The notes beneath the pieces were generated by a model. The model saw nothing but the letters and a program-made list of their open reading frames with translations, was not told where the DNA came from and did not search any database. A stretch of 54,144 nt of DNA from Mesotaenium endlicherianum (Eukaryota), in NCBI GenBank assembly GCA_009602735.1, contig WELA01002318.1, forward strand, positions 186,434 through 240,577, read 5' to 3'. Positions 33,916 through 45,421 of the stretch are shown piece after piece (positions within the stretch are counted from its first letter, which is position 1; every line of letters starts with the position of its first letter). Both the position numbers and the translations under genes were made by a program.

Positions 33916-35369
33916 GGCTGGTCTTTTCTCTCGACCTTAGGCAGGTGCTTGACCGGACACTGTTCTCTGTAGTGGCCTTTCTGCTGACAATGGTAGCAAG
34001 TAGATTTTGCTGAGGCTGGTCTCGGCTTAGTCCTACCACCACCCCTTCCATAGCCACCTCGAGAGGGACCACCTCTACCTCTAGACTGAATAGCATTGTA
34101 CTCATACTCATATTCATCACCCTGATTATCCTCAGCCTGGTCTCCTTCAACTGCATTGTAGGAACCGTGGGGCTTTTTGACAATCTTAGACACCAAAGCG
34201 TTACTCTGGCGCTTGTGATTGAACTGCTGCTGATCCCAGGCGTCAGCATCCTGGATCAAGTCAGCCAGTTTCTCATACTTTTTCTCAGCAAAATGACCAG
34301 AGACCTCGGATTTCAAGCCATACCTGAAGTATGCTATCCTATACCGTTCTGGCAAATCAGGCTGCTTCATCATGTTCTCTTGGAACTTTTGAGCAAACTC
34401 AGCAACTGAAGTGGTCTGCTTCAGTGTCAGGGAGATCATCGCATAGATAGCTTTCTCCTGCTGGTTGATGACATCAAACTTCTCATGCAACTTCTCGACA
34501 AACTCTACCCACGTAGGGTCACCGAGTTGCCGAGCCTTACGCTCTTCCTTCCAGTAAAGCCACCAGTCTGCGGCACTGCCTTTCAGTAGCGCACCGGTGT
34601 GCCTGACCTTCTCGTAATCTTGCAGTTCTGGGTAGTTCTCCAGCCACTGCTCAACATCCGCGAGAAACTTGATCAGGTAATATTTTCTGTTTCCCTCAGG
34701 ATCATAGTCCTGGGGAGGTTTCGGCTTGGGCTTACTAGGCCCTCGGCCACCACCACTAGTGGTGTGAGACCCCAGTTGGTCTCTGTCCCGGAGTAGGGAC
34801 ATTATGATTCTTTTGTCCTCCTGCTGGGACTGATACATGGTCGCCATTTGCGACTGCATCTGAACGAACAATGCTCCCAAGTCTACATTTTGGGGTGGTA
34901 GATTAGCAAATGCAGCAGCAGCATTGGCATCTACTCGCTGAGTAGTGTCCTCAACAATCCCTCTTGCTCCTGCAGCAGCAATTCCTGCCGCATTCAGCCG
35001 GTCACGTATTTGACCTAGGGGTACATTGAGTTGTACGGCAGGAGGTGGGTTCAGAACATTGGCCCTTGATGCCATAAGTTCTTCAACAGTGCGCTCGTCA
35101 GCTGGCTGTCCTTCCCTCCTTTGTATATCTTCAGCGGCCTTTGCTACTTGTTCAGCTTCTAGTCTGGCTATCTCCTCCTCAGCTTGCTGAGCTGCGACTG
35201 AGGCAATAGCAGCTGCCTCATCTGCAGCCTCCCTAGCTGCAGTATCCGCTACTGCTTCCGAATAGGTACGGTTTCCCGCTACATGGCTTTCCGCCTGGTT
35301 TTCGACATTCTCGTTATCCTGGTTCTCCATGTCTCGGGAGTTGCTAGTTTGAGACCTTGTCCTTACCAT
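33891..35369 (-). CDS. gag: Gag of element 1 (492 aa)
   Basis: Retrotransposon gag motifs ([27 protein letters not shown]) and zinc knuckle [14 protein letters not shown]; starts just after the PBS. Confidence 0.93.
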   Translation of the reverse strand: MVRTRSQTSNSRDMENQDNENVENQAESHVAGNRTYSEAVADTAAREAADEAAAIASVAAQQAEEEIARLEAEQVAKAAEDIQRREGQPADERTVEELMASRANVLNPPPAVQLNVPLGQIRDRLNAAGIAAAGARGIVEDTTQRVDANAAAAFANLPPQNVDLGALFVQMQSQMATMYQSQQEDKRIIMSLLRDRDQLGSHTTSGGGRGPSKPKPKPPQDYDPEGNRKYYLIKFLADVEQWLENYPELQDYEKVRHTGALLKGSAADWWLYWKEERKARQLGDPTWVEFVEKLHEKFDVINQQEKAIYAMISLTLKQTTSVAEFAQKFQENMMKQPDLPERYRIAYFRYGLKSEVSGHFAEKKYEKLADLIQDADAWDQQQFNHKRQSNALVSKIVKKPHGSYNAVEGDQAEDNQGDEYEYEYNAIQSRGRGGPSRGGYGRGGGRTKPRPASAKSTCYHCQQKGHYREQCPVKHLPKVERKDQPLKDSNSQ

Positions 35370-35403
35370 ACAAAGAAGACTGTGATAACTGCTCCGATAC
35401 CAC

Positions 35404-36124
35404 TGAAATGAATCGACTTACCAAATAGGCGATTAACAATTAATAAAGATCTTTATATCAGCAAGTAATCTTTATGGTATTTTTCGTTAACTGGTATAAC
35501 GGCAAAGGACAACACACTAGCAGTGAATAATACTCGTAAGTCAAATGCGAGTAAACTAGCATCAATAATGCAAATCAGTAAACTCATACATAAGCAAGGT
35601 TAGAAGACAGTGCGTATCAATGGCTTCTCGCCTTGGATTCAGATCTCTCTCAGTAAGCTGTACAAGAGAGTTGGCCTCGTTTCCGAATGCCGAACTCGAG
35701 AGCAATGCCTAGCATATGTACATGGAATGAGTTTACTGTTCAACGGCCAGTGCGATGGCACCGCCTACCCGGGAGTTAACCACGTTGGTAGGACCTCGGT
35801 TAACCAAATCCACCGCCATCTCCCATCATCCCGAATAGCCATCCATCATGGGGATGTCATCTGGCAATTCATCTAGCATATCACACTTAGATGCATATCG
35901 AGGCAGTTCGCTGCAACCGAGTACGGAAGTCAGCTGGCTGTCAAAGAATGTGTCAGCAAGCTGACTTAAGGTGACCTCAGCCTGCTACTTCCGGCCGAGT
36001 CATTAAACTGATATTAAATGTAAAGTCCAGCAGACTGATCATTAACTAGAGATCAGCAGGCTGAACTTATTTAACTATATAATTTAAATGAATATTATAT
36101 CAACCAATATACTGATTCATTACA
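35404..36124 (-). repeat. 5' LTR of element 1 (721 bp)
   Basis: Adjacent to the PBS and flanked by TSD GCCGC. Confidence 0.95.
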
Positions 36125-36574
36125 GCCGCAGAGATCTTCCTACAAGCTATTAAGCAACACCTGAGAGGGGGCTATTGCACCTCTTATTGATCGCACAAGC
36201 GTTGACTACATGTTGGCTAACGCCTACAAAGCAGTGAAGAACATAGTCTCGCGGCCGCATGCAGCAACATTAGTGATAGGGTCGGATTGGCGTCCACTGG
36301 CGTGCACCAGAAGGTTTCGTCGCTCCCGTCTTTGTCTGCACGCCTCACGCTTGCTCACCAGCAACTGCAGCAGGCGCGAAGCAACGCTCGCAGCCTGCTG
36401 TGCAAACCTCAATGCAGAAGCGCAGCGTCCCGCGTGACTGCATCTCCATGTCCACCACCACGTACAATAATTGTTGCTGGGCTTGCGATACGATAGGACA
36501 TTCTTGTTGGGACTGCACCATTGCGCAAAATGATGATCCGAGCAATAGCAAGTACTGCGGCAAGGTCGGGTTTC

Positions 36575-37293
36575 TGAAATGAATCGACTTACCAAATAGG
36601 CGATTAACAATTAATAAAGATCTTTATATCAGCAAGTAATCTTTATGGTATTTCCGTTAACTCGTTAAACGGCAAAGGACAATACACTAGCAGGGAATAC
36701 TACTCGTCAGTCAAATGAGAGTAAACTAGCATCAATAATGCAAATCAGTAAACTCATACATAAGCAAGGTTAGAAGACAGTGCGTATCAATGGCTTCTCG
36801 CCTTGGATTCAGATCTCTCTCAGTAAGCTGTACAAGAGAGTTGGCCTCGTTTCCGAATGCCGAACTCGAGAGCAATGCCTAGCATATGTACATGGAATGA
36901 GTTTACTGTTCAACGGTCAGTGCGATGGCACCGCCTACCCGGGAGTTAACCACGTTGGTAGGACCTCGGTTAACCAAATCCACCGCCATCTCCCATCATC
37001 CCGAATAGCCATCCATCATGGGGATGTCATCTGGCCATTCATCTAGCAGGTGGTACTTAGATGCATATCAAGGCAGTTCGCTGCTACCGAGCACGGAAGT
37101 CAGCTGGCTGTCAAAGAATGTGTCAGCAAGCTGACTTAAGTTGACTTCAGCCTGCTGCTTTCGGCTGAGTCATTAAACTGATAATTATGTAAAGTCCAGC
37201 AGACTGACTATTAACTAAAGTTCAGCAGGCTGAACTTAATTAACTATTATATTTAAATGAATATTATATCCACTAATATACTGATTCATTACA
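36575..37293 (-). repeat. 3' LTR of element 2 (719 bp)
   Basis: TG...CA termini, adjacent to the PPT. Confidence 0.95.
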
Positions 37294-37406
37294 ATCCCTC
37301 CAACTTAACTTGTTGTCGCCTCGACAACATTAAACTGCAGAAATTTTAAATAAGGGAACTGAACCTGACCAGCCTCCCTTACTGACTGCCTCTTCAGCGT
37401 GTCACC

Positions 37407-39083
37407 TTAAGGGGTTGTTCCTGGGGCTTCAGAATCAGGAGACGGAGATCTGGACCTAGATCTGGACAGCCCTCTAGGTCTGTCAGCTGGCCTTCTAAAG
37501 AACCCTGTTTGCTCTAAAGTTGGCCCTCGAGGAGAACGGAGGATGGTGGCCTGCTCTTCAACCACTTGGGTGTTGATTCCCACATAGACAGGCATTCCAG
37601 TAGGATGCTGAAATACATTGGCTAGAGGTACATGCCCCTGAGCGGAGGGGGAGGCTGGCATACCTCTGGCCCACCCGCGTGTCCCTCTTCTGGCACCCCT
37701 GTCCTCTGGGGATTTCTGTCTGTGTCTGCTGCCCAGTACAGTCAGATCAGCTTCTTCCCCTGCTTGGGCAGGTGGGCTGGGGGAGCGAGCGCGGGGTCCA
37801 GTTGTCGCCATAACGGGGATCACATTCCACACACCTGATCGTGGTTCTTTAGGAAGTGCCACTGCCTGTCCCTGGGTATCCTGAGTACCTGCTGCTGATG
37901 CTTCTCCTCTGCCTTGTTCTTCTTCCTCATCCTCCTCATCCTCCTCCTCGGAGAGAGTAGGGGTCTCGTCCACTAAGTCGTCCTGCTCCCTAGTAGACAT
38001 GGAGTAGTCTACCGACCTCCCTTTCTTAGGGCGCGCTGGAGGTTGCTTGGCCTTCAGCCTACTGATATCTATCCGGCCTGCATTCTTTGCCCATTTGACA
38101 AAGGCATGCTTTCCCTTAGAGAAGTACTCTCTTCCCCTCCTCCTATGTTCCTTGGTCTCTGCATTCATATTGCTCAGGCATCCATTCAGCCTGGGGTCCC
38201 AAGGGGCAATGTGAGGTGGTAGGATGAGATAGCCGTCTAGGCCATAGTGGAAGTCATCCGGTTGGGCTCGGTCACACTCCTGCTTCTTATTTGTGACGGT
38301 CATCCACCTCCAGTCTGTTGGCTGCTGGTAGTACTGGGGTCCGTGCTCAGCCTTCCTCAGTTTACACGGGAACCAGTGGGGAGAGAACATCTGCTGTCCT
38401 GCTTCCCTGGCCAAGTACTCCCAGCTCCTTCTCTCAACTTCATTGTAAGCTGGCAGGAGTGTGAGGTAGAATACCGTATCCTTAAAGCTATCGGGCCGCA
38501 TGCTCACCATCCGGATGAGTCTCTGATCTCCCACTATTCCCGGTATGGGGACCGGCTTGTCCTCTGAATCATCTGCGAGATACCGGGCCTGCTCTGCTGT
38601 ATAGCCCACCATCTTAGCATAATCTTCGTAAAGGACCACGCCGGTGTGTGTCTCGATGTACCTGTCCAGTGCTGTAGCTCCTTCCTTCTGTAGCAGTGTT
38701 GTCTGTTCCAGCCTGTTGATCTCCTGGGCTGCCAGCAATGCTTCCTTCAGGTTATCGAAGTTTTGGCCACCCACCACAGTATACCTGTAAGTGGCCAAGC
38801 TCTTCTGTCTGTCCGCTTCAATCTTTTTTCTTTTCTCCTCTTCTGCCGCTGCCGCTTCTTCTTGCTGTTTCTTCTGTCTCTCCTCCTCAGCCTTCCTGAG
38901 GTTTTCCGCTTCCTGATCCTTCTTCCTCTGTGCCTCTTCTGCCGCCTCTTGTTGTTTGCGGACCCTTTCTTGTTCTCTCCTGGTGAGGGACGTCGCCGCC
39001 AGCTCCTTCTGGTATTGCTCCATTGTCCTCCTGGCTTCTTCTGCCTTGCGCTTTCTGTCCTCCTTTTGTGTGGTGGGCGCCAT
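37407..39083 (-). CDS. ORF3 of element 2: 558-aa accessory protein (coiled-coil N-terminus, conserved central domain, acidic tract, RS/SP-rich C-terminus)
   Basis: Uninterrupted ORF between pol and the 3' LTR in sense orientation. The ATG directly follows a TACTAAC...TGCAG|G acceptor, and a homolog is present in element 1. Confidence 0.88.
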   Translation of the reverse strand: MAPTTQKEDRKRKAEEARRTMEQYQKELAATSLTRREQERVRKQQEAAEEAQRKKDQEAENLRKAEEERQKKQQEEAAAAEEEKRKKIEADRQKSLATYRYTVVGGQNFDNLKEALLAAQEINRLEQTTLLQKEGATALDRYIETHTGVVLYEDYAKMVGYTAEQARYLADDSEDKPVPIPGIVGDQRLIRMVSMRPDSFKDTVFYLTLLPAYNEVERRSWEYLAREAGQQMFSPHWFPCKLRKAEHGPQYYQQPTDWRWMTVTNKKQECDRAQPDDFHYGLDGYLILPPHIAPWDPRLNGCLSNMNAETKEHRRRGREYFSKGKHAFVKWAKNAGRIDISRLKAKQPPARPKKGRSVDYSMSTREQDDLVDETPTLSEEEDEEDEEEEQGRGEASAAGTQDTQGQAVALPKEPRSGVWNVIPVMATTGPRARSPSPPAQAGEEADLTVLGSRHRQKSPEDRGARRGTRGWARGMPASPSAQGHVPLANVFQHPTGMPVYVGINTQVVEEQATILRSPRGPTLEQTGFFRRPADRPRGLSRSRSRSPSPDSEAPGTTP

Positions 39084-39350
39084 CCTGCACATGTAACCAG
39101 GGCACAAGTTAGTAGGATATGGACCTTTGTCATAGGGATTGCAGGAAGTATGTTAGTATTTAGTATAGTGGCTTCGCTGCTGTTTACCTTACAGGATGAT
39201 TGCTAAAAGTTGACGTAGTTGCGATGCGCTACACATAAACGTATGAGTGTGTTTTTATCGCTCTCGCTCACTAACTGTCATATATTTTCCCCTCCAACTT
39301 AAATGGAGACAGGACCGCCTGTCACCTTCCCGTGTCAACTGAAATGACAG

Positions 39351-42300
39351 TTATGGAGGGACTCCAGCGGCCCGAAGGTGGAACCGTGTCAACGCCCCTT
39401 TGGCATTGGTCAAGTGGTCCTTAAACTCCCAAGTGTCCCCAGAGGCATCGTAACCCTTCCATCGAATGAGGTATTTCATGACATATTTAGACGATCGACG
39501 GACCGAGCGAGCGTCTAAAATCTCATCGACCTCATATTCCTCAGGGTCGCCGTCCCGGACAGCGGGGACCGGTCCCGGTTGGACAGGGAACCGACCTGTG
39601 AACAGTGTATCACCTTTGATGTACGGTTCCAGGAAGGAGACATTAAAGACCGGGTGCCCCTTGTATTCAGCTGACATGTTCAGTTTGTAAGCATTCTGAC
39701 CGACACGACGGACCACCGAATATGGACCGACCCAGACAGGGCCAAGCTTTTTCTTGACCACACCAGGGAGGTACAGGTGCTGAGAATGCAGTTTGACTAA
39801 ATCCCCCTTGGAAAATGTCAGTTCCCGACGGTGTTGATTAGCGTATTTTTGTTGGTTTTCTTGGGCCGTGTGCAAGTTTCGTTGGACTTCTGACAGGGTG
39901 TCAGCAAACTCCTGAGTTAACTGGAGGGAGACCGGGTTGTCAATCCCTTCAGGGTGAGTTAAAGATTCCCCTAGCACATCTAGAGGAGACTTAGGGACTC
40001 TACCCAGGCTGAGTTCAAAAGGAGTTTTGCCCGTTGACGCGTGCACCGCACTGTTGACCGCAAACTGAATTTGAGGCAACAGGTCATCCCAATTATCTTG
40101 TTTTTGGTTAATATATGCTCTCAGCACCTCCTGCAGAACTCGGTTAGTTCTTTCAGTCTGCCCATCAGTCTGAGGGTGGTTTGCTGTGCTGAGCAGCTGT
40201 TTGACTCCCATTAACCCCATTAAAGCTCTCCAGAACTTAGAGGTGAATTTTGAGTCTCTGTCTGAGATGATATTAGAAGGGAGCCCATGTTGGCATACTA
40301 CATGGTTGTAAAACTGTCTCGCTGTTTCGAGTGCAGTCACTTTGACAGTTGTGGGGATAAAAATGACCATTTTTGTCAGTTTATCCACGACTACCAGTAT
40401 TGAATCATGCCCGTTGGCAGTTCTTGGTAGTGAGACCACCCAGTCCATGGATATAGTTTCCCAGCGTCCCGCTGGGATGGGTAGCGGTTGCAAGAGACCT
40501 CCGGGTGGTGTGTGCCGAGACTTATTTCTCTGACACTGGTCACAGGACTTGACATATTTCAAGACCTCCCGGGGTAACCCCTCCCAATGATAATGTTTTG
40601 CCAGTTTGCCAACAGTTTTGGCCTGCCCCAAATGTCCACCCAGGAGACTGTCATGAGCTTGACTCAGTAAGAGAGACCTTATTTCCAAGTTATTAGGAAT
40701 GACCAGCTTCAGCCTGCCTGAAGTGGTTTCAGTCACCCAGACCCCTCCCTTGAGCTTATACCCGAGTGCAGTAGCACGACACACACCAGTAGTGGGGCTG
40801 GGCTCAAATGTTGGGTCAGAAAGGTAGGCTTTCCTAAGTTGTTCAAGGAAGGACTTTTTCACCTTTAGTGAAGTGAGTGCACACAGGACTTTATCTACAG
40901 CATGCTGACTAAAGTTCCTTTCTTGCAAGTCAGGTCTTCTAGAGAGTGCATCAGCAGGATTCAACTTCCCTGGTTTGTAGTCGATCTGGACTTGGAACTG
41001 CTCCAGCATCTGGCTCCAGCGGTTCTCCCTCCTCGACAGCTTGGACTTCTTCTGAAAGTGGGTCAGAGCTAGATGATCTGTAATCACCTTAAAAGCTTTA
41101 CCATGTAAGTATGCTCTCCACTGTTTGAGTACATGAATGATAGCTAGCAGCTCTTTATCATGCACTGAGTAATTAATCTCCGCTGGATTAAATTTCATAG
41201 ACTCATACAACACAGGATGCCACTCCTGCCGTACCTTACCATCCTTTGTGGTTTTGTCAGCAGGCTGCAACAAAATAGCACCCATGGCAAAATCAGAGGC
41301 ATCAGTAACCACCTGCACCGGTTTGCTGGGGTCATACACGGCTAGCACTGGGGCAGAACAAAGGGCATCTTTAAGGGTCTGGAAGGCAGCCTGCTGCTCT
41401 TCCCCCCACACATACCCGATGTCTTTCTTAGTAAGGTCAGTCAGTTTACTGGCCTTTGTGGAATAATTCTCAATAAATCTCCTATAGTAGTTAGCCAACC
41501 CGAGGAAGGATCTAACTTCAGAGACAGACTGTGGTACTGGCCAGTCCCTTATGGTCTGGACTTTCTTAGGATCCACACTGATGCCCTCTTTACTGACAAC
41601 GTGGCCTAAGAATTCAATACTTTCCTTAAAGAAATCACACTTGCTCATTTTAGCATACAAGTGATTTTTCCGCAGAGTGTCCAGCACTTTCTTTAAGTGT
41701 TCAGTGTGCTGAGCTTCATCTTTAGAGAAAATTAAAATATCATCCAGGAAAACTTGCACAAACTTATCCAAATAAGGTCTGAAAATGTCATTCATAGCAC
41801 CCATAAAGGTAGCAGGAGCATTAGTCAGTCCAAATGGCATCACGTTGAACTCATAGTGTCCATAACGTGTGCGGAAAGCAGTCTTGTGTTCATCCCCCTC
41901 AGCAATTCTGATTTGATGATAACCACTCTTGAGATCTATCTTACTGAACACCTTAGCGCCAGACAGGGTATCAAGCAAGTCCTCGATTCTGGGTAAAGCA
42001 TACTTGTTCTTTACTGTAATTCTGTTCAGGGCTCTGTAATCCACACACATCCGCATACTGCCATCCTTTTTCTTAACAAATAGGATAGGTGCGCCGTACG
42101 GTGATTTACTGGGAGAAATGTAACCATTTTCCTCCAGCTCTGCAATCTGTGTTTTCAACTCCTCGCTCTCCAAATAAGACAAGCCATAAGTGCGTTGCCA
42201 GGGTGGCTGGCTACCAGGTAATAGATCAATCCTATGATCTACTTCCCTTTTAGGGGGTAGTCCTGGAGGCATGTTAAACACATCAGTGTACTGAGCAACA

Positions 42301-43160
42301 ATTTTTGCAGCAGTAGGGTGCTCCGGAGGGCTTACCTTTTTCTCAACCACTTCTTCAGGTTGAGGAGGTACCTCTCTTAGCAGCAGACAGAACATTCTGT
42401 CTTCCTTCTGGTTCCAGCTTTTGACGAACTCCATTGCATTCAGCAACTTGCATCCTTCTGGAAGCCTCTTCTTTTCCTTCATTTGCCATCCACACAGGAC
42501 AAGAGGAAGAGCACTGGTGGGTGCCAAGTCAGTCTGCCCATCACTGGCTCCTCTCACTTTAACTGTACCTCTGCTCCAACACACTTCAGCTTGATGTCTA
42601 TTAAGCCAGGACCTGCCTAGCACGAGATCATAAAAGCCAGTGTTGAGTACCTCAAATGTAAGCGTTTCAGTTAGAACTGCAATGCCAGAACCTAACTGGA
42701 CCTCAATAGGCTTGGTTATAACTCCTCCCGGGATACTTGAGGCATCTCCAAGGAATATTTTTCTATTCCCTTGGGTGACAGTAGGCAGCCTTAGCCGCTT
42801 AACTAAGTCCTTGTGAATAAAAGTATGTGACGCCCCTCCGTCAACAAATGCCCTCACCTTCCTACCTGCAATCATGCAATGCAGTAGGATAGGGGGGACT
42901 GTCTTTTCCTGACTTTCGCATTGTTCTCCTGACGTAGCAAAGAAATGTTGGACATCAGGTGGAACAAGAGCATCCAGAGTGTGCACTCTCTGGACGTCTA
43001 TATTACTGATGGTCTCCTTTATCTGTTTGTCAGGCATGCATAGTGAATCCAGTTCAGCAGGACCCATAATACCTGCTACGAGGGCAGCTAGTGACGACTC
43101 ACTATCTCTAGCATCCTCACAGTCAGTAGACTGGATTACTGACTGTTGCTGTCTTTTAAA
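39351..43160 (-). CDS. pol: Pol of element 2: protease, RT, RNase H, integrase, chromodomain; probably expressed by -1 frameshift from gag
   Basis: FVDGGASH (PR); [19 protein letters not shown] and FLDDILI (RT); TDASDFA (RH); HDSLLGGH...CDQC, SDRD and DGQTERTN (IN); [17 protein letters not shown]...[16 protein letters not shown] (chromodomain). Confidence 0.97.
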   Translation of the reverse strand, partial: FKRQQQSVIQSTDCEDARDSESSLAALVAGIMGPAELDSLCMPDKQIKETISNIDVQRVHTLDALVPPDVQHFFATSGEQCESQEKTVPPILLHCMIAGRKVRAFVDGGASHTFIHKDLVKRLRLPTVTQGNRKIFLGDASSIPGGVITKPIEVQLGSGIAVLTETLTFEVLNTGFYDLVLGRSWLNRHQAEVCWSRGTVKVRGASDGQTDLAPTSALPLVLCGWQMKEKKRLPEGCKLLNAMEFVKSWNQKEDRMFCLLLREVPPQPEEVVEKKVSPPEHPTAAKIVAQYTDVFNMPPGLPPKREVDHRIDLLPGSQPPWQRTYGLSYLESEELKTQIAELEENGYISPSKSPYGAPILFVKKKDGSMRMCVDYRALNRITVKNKYALPRIEDLLDTLSGAKVFSKIDLKSGYHQIRIAEGDEHKTAFRTRYGHYEFNVMPFGLTNAPATFMGAMNDIFRPYLDKFVQVFLDDILIFSKDEAQHTEHLKKVLDTLRKNHLYAKMSKCDFFKESIEFLGHVVSKEGISVDPKKVQTIRDWPVPQSVSEVRSFLGLANYYRRFIENYSTKASKLTDLTKKDIGYVWGEEQQAAFQTLKDALCSAPVLAVYDPSKPVQVVTDASDFAMGAILLQPADKTTKDGKVRQEWHPVLYESMKFNPAEINYSVHDKELLAIIHVLKQWRAYLHGKAFKVITDHLALTHFQKKSKLSRRENRWSQMLEQFQVQIDYKPGKLNPADALSRRPDLQERNFSQHAVDKVLCALTSLKVKKSFLEQLRKAYLSDPTFEPSPTTGVCRATALGYKLKGGVWVTETTSGRLKLVIPNNLEIRSLLLSQAHDSLLGGHLGQAKTVGKLAKHYHWEGLPREVLKYVKSCDQCQRNKSRHTPPGGLLQPLPIPAGRWETISMDWVVSLPRTANGHDSILVVVDKLTKMVIFIPTTVKVTALETARQFYNHVVCQHGLPSNIISDRDSKFTSKFWRALMGLMGVKQLLSTANHPQTDGQTERTNRVLQEVLRAYINQKQDNWDDLLPQIQFAVNSAVHASTGKTPFELSLGRVPKSPLDVLGESLTHPEGIDNPVSLQLTQEFADTLSEVQRNLHTAQENQQKYANQHRRELTFSKGDLVKLHSQHLYLPGVVKKKLGPVWVGPYSVVRRVGQNAYKLNMSAEYKGHPVFNVSFLEPYIKGDTLFTGRFPVQPGPVPAVRDGDPEEYEVDEILDARSVRRSSKYVMKYLIRWKGYDASGDTWEFKDHLTNAKGALTRFHLRAAGVPP
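43119..43160 (-). promoter_or_regulatory. -1 programmed ribosomal frameshift signal (U_UUA_AAA, 7-nt spacer, 10-bp hairpin); identical copy at 33874-33915
   Basis: gag codons read ccT TTA AAA, and pol is in the -1 frame and open across the site. The stem ACAGUCAGUA/UACUGACUGU has an 8-nt loop. Confidence 0.8.
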
Positions 43161-44614
43161 GGCTGGTCTTTTCTCTCGACCTTAGGCAGGTGCTTGACCG
43201 GACACTGTTCTCTGTAGTGGCCTTTCTGCTGACAATGGTAGCAAGTAGATTTTGCTGAGGCTGGTCTCGGCTTAGTCCTACCACCACCCCTTCCATAGCC
43301 ACCTCGAGAGGGACCACCTCTACCTCTAGACTGAATAGCATTGTACTCATACTCATATTCATCACCCTGATTATCCTCAGCCTGGTCTCCTTCAACTGCA
43401 TTGTAGGAACCGTGGGGCTTTTTGACAATCTTAGACACCAAAGCGTTACTCTGGCGCTTGTGATTGAACTGCTGCTGATCCCAGGCGTCAGCATCCTGGA
43501 TCAAGTCAGCCAGTTTCTCATACTTTTTCTCAGCAAAATGACCAGAGACCTCGGATTTCAAGCCATACCTGAAGTATGCTATCCTATACCGTTCTGGCAA
43601 ATCAGGCTGCTTCATCATGTTCTCTTGGAACTTTTGAGCAAACTCAGCAACTGAAGTGGTCTGCTTCAGTGTCAGGGAGATCATCGCATAGATAGCTTTC
43701 TCCTGCTGGTTGATGACATCAAACTTCTCATGCAACTTCTCGACAAACTCTACCCACGTAGGGTCACCGAGTTGCCGAGCCTTACGCTCTTCCTTCCAGT
43801 AAAGCCACCAGTCTGCGGCACTGCCTTTCAGTAGCGCACCGGTGTGCCTGACCTTCTCGTAATCTTGCAGTTCTGGGTAGTTCTCCAGCCACTGCTCAAC
43901 ATCCGCGAGAAACTTGATCAGGTAATATTTTCTGTTTCCCTCAGGATCATAGTCCTGGGGAGGTTTCGGCTTGGGCTTACTAGGCCCTCGGCCACCACCA
44001 CTAGTGGTGTGAGACCCCAGTTGGTCTCTGTCCCGGAGTAGGGACATTATGATTCTTTTGTCCTCCTGCTGGGACTGATACATGGTCGCCATTTGCGACT
44101 GCATCTGAACGAACAATGCTCCCAAGTCTACATTTTGGGGTGGTAGATTAGCAAATGCAGCAGCAGCATTGGCATCTACTCGCTGAGTAGTGTCCTCAAC
44201 AATCCCTCTTGCTCCTGCAGCAGCAATTCCTGCCGCATTCAGCCGGTCACGTATTTGACCTAGGGGTACATTGAGTTGTACGGCAGGAGGTGGGTTCAGA
44301 ACATTGGCCCTTGATGCCATAAGTTCTTCAACAGTGCGCTCGTCAGCTGGCTGTCCTTCCCTCCTTTGTATATCTTCAGCGGCCTTTGCTACTTGTTCAG
44401 CTTCTAGTCTGGCTATCTCCTCCTCAGCTTGCTGAGCTGCGACTGAGGCAATAGCAGCTGCCTCATCTGCAGCCTCCCTAGCTGCAGTATCCGCTACTGC
44501 TTCCGAATAGGTACGGTTTCCCGCTACATGGCTTTCCGCCTGGTTTTCGACATTCTCGTTATCCTGGTTCTCCATGTCTCGGGAGTTGCTAGTTTGAGAC
44601 CTTGTCCTTACCAT
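43136..44614 (-). CDS. gag: Gag of element 2 (492 aa)
   Basis: Translation identical to element-1 gag; CCHC zinc knuckle. Confidence 0.94.
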   Translation of the reverse strand: MVRTRSQTSNSRDMENQDNENVENQAESHVAGNRTYSEAVADTAAREAADEAAAIASVAAQQAEEEIARLEAEQVAKAAEDIQRREGQPADERTVEELMASRANVLNPPPAVQLNVPLGQIRDRLNAAGIAAAGARGIVEDTTQRVDANAAAAFANLPPQNVDLGALFVQMQSQMATMYQSQQEDKRIIMSLLRDRDQLGSHTTSGGGRGPSKPKPKPPQDYDPEGNRKYYLIKFLADVEQWLENYPELQDYEKVRHTGALLKGSAADWWLYWKEERKARQLGDPTWVEFVEKLHEKFDVINQQEKAIYAMISLTLKQTTSVAEFAQKFQENMMKQPDLPERYRIAYFRYGLKSEVSGHFAEKKYEKLADLIQDADAWDQQQFNHKRQSNALVSKIVKKPHGSYNAVEGDQAEDNQGDEYEYEYNAIQSRGRGGPSRGGYGRGGGRTKPRPASAKSTCYHCQQKGHYREQCPVKHLPKVERKDQPLKDSNSQ

Positions 44615-44648
44615 ACAAAGAAGACTGTGATAACTGCTCCGATACCAC

Positions 44649-45421
44649 TGAAATGAATCGACTTACCAAATAGGCGATTAACAATTAATAAAGATCTTTA
44701 TATCAGCAAGTAATCTTTATGGTAATTTCCGTTAACTGGTTAAACGGCAAAGGACAATACACTAGCAGTGAATAATACTCGTAAGTCAAATGCGAGTAAA
44801 CTAGCATCAATAATGCAAATCAGTAAACTCATACATAAGCAAGGTTAGAAGACAGTGCGTATCAATGGCTTCTCGCCTTGGATTCAGATCTCTCTCAGTA
44901 AGCTGTACAAGAGAGTTGGCCTCGTTTCCGAATGCCGAACTCGAGAGCAATGCCTAGCATATGTACATGGAATGAGTTTACTGTTCAACGGTCAGTGCGA
45001 TGGCACCGCCTACCCGGGAGTTAACCACGTTGGTAGGACCTCGGTTAACCAAATCCACCGCCATCTCCCATCATCCCGAATAGCCATCCATCATAGGGAT
45101 GTCATCTGGCTATTCATCTAGCATATCGCACTTAGATGCATATCAAGGCAGTTCGCTGCTACCGAGTACGGAAGTCAGCTTGCTGTCAAAGAATGTGTCA
45201 GCAAGCTGACTTATATGGACTTTCAGCCTGCTGCTTTCCACTGAGTCAGCAAACTGATAATTATGTAAAGTCCAGCAGACTGACTATTAAGTAAAGTTCA
45301 GCAAACTGACTATTAACTAGAGTCTAGCAAACTGACTAATAACTAAAGGTCAGCAGGCTGAACTTAATTAACTATTATATTTAAATGAATATTATATCTA
45401 CTAATATACTGATTCATTACA
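44649..45421 (-). repeat. 5' LTR of element 2 (773 bp, with two extra ~26-bp repeat units)
   Basis: Adjacent to the PBS and flanked by TSD GTTTC. Confidence 0.95.

Larger units (their letters stand above)
27249..36124 (-). mobile_element. Ty3/Gypsy chromovirus element 1 (full length; pol and ORF3 inactivated)
   Basis: LTRs at 27249-27969 and 35404-36124 (TG...CA). TSD GCCGC at 27244-27248 and 36125-36129. PBS TGGTATCGGAGC at 35391-35402 and PPT at 27970-27983. Contains gag, pol and ORF3. Confidence 0.96.
36575..45421 (-). mobile_element. Ty3/Gypsy chromovirus element 2 (intact gag, pol and ORF3)
   Basis: LTRs at 36575-37293 and 44649-45421. TSD GTTTC at 36570-36574 and 45422-45426. PBS at 44636-44647 and PPT at 37294-37307. 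Confidence 0.97.

Noticed and set aside
35610..35876. 88-aa ORF repeated in several LTRs
   Set aside because: Non-ATG start, antisense to the element, recurs only because the LTRs are similar, and is broken in diverged copies.
37407..39083. ORF3 as a true envelope gene
   Set aside because: No signal peptide, TM helix or fusion-protein features; the composition is charged and disordered.
44649..45421. Hammerhead or twister ribozyme, or 5S (Cassandra-like) sequence, in the LTR
   Set aside because: By eye there is no correctly arranged CUGANGA...GAAA core, twister consensus or 5S box. An Infernal search would be decisive.
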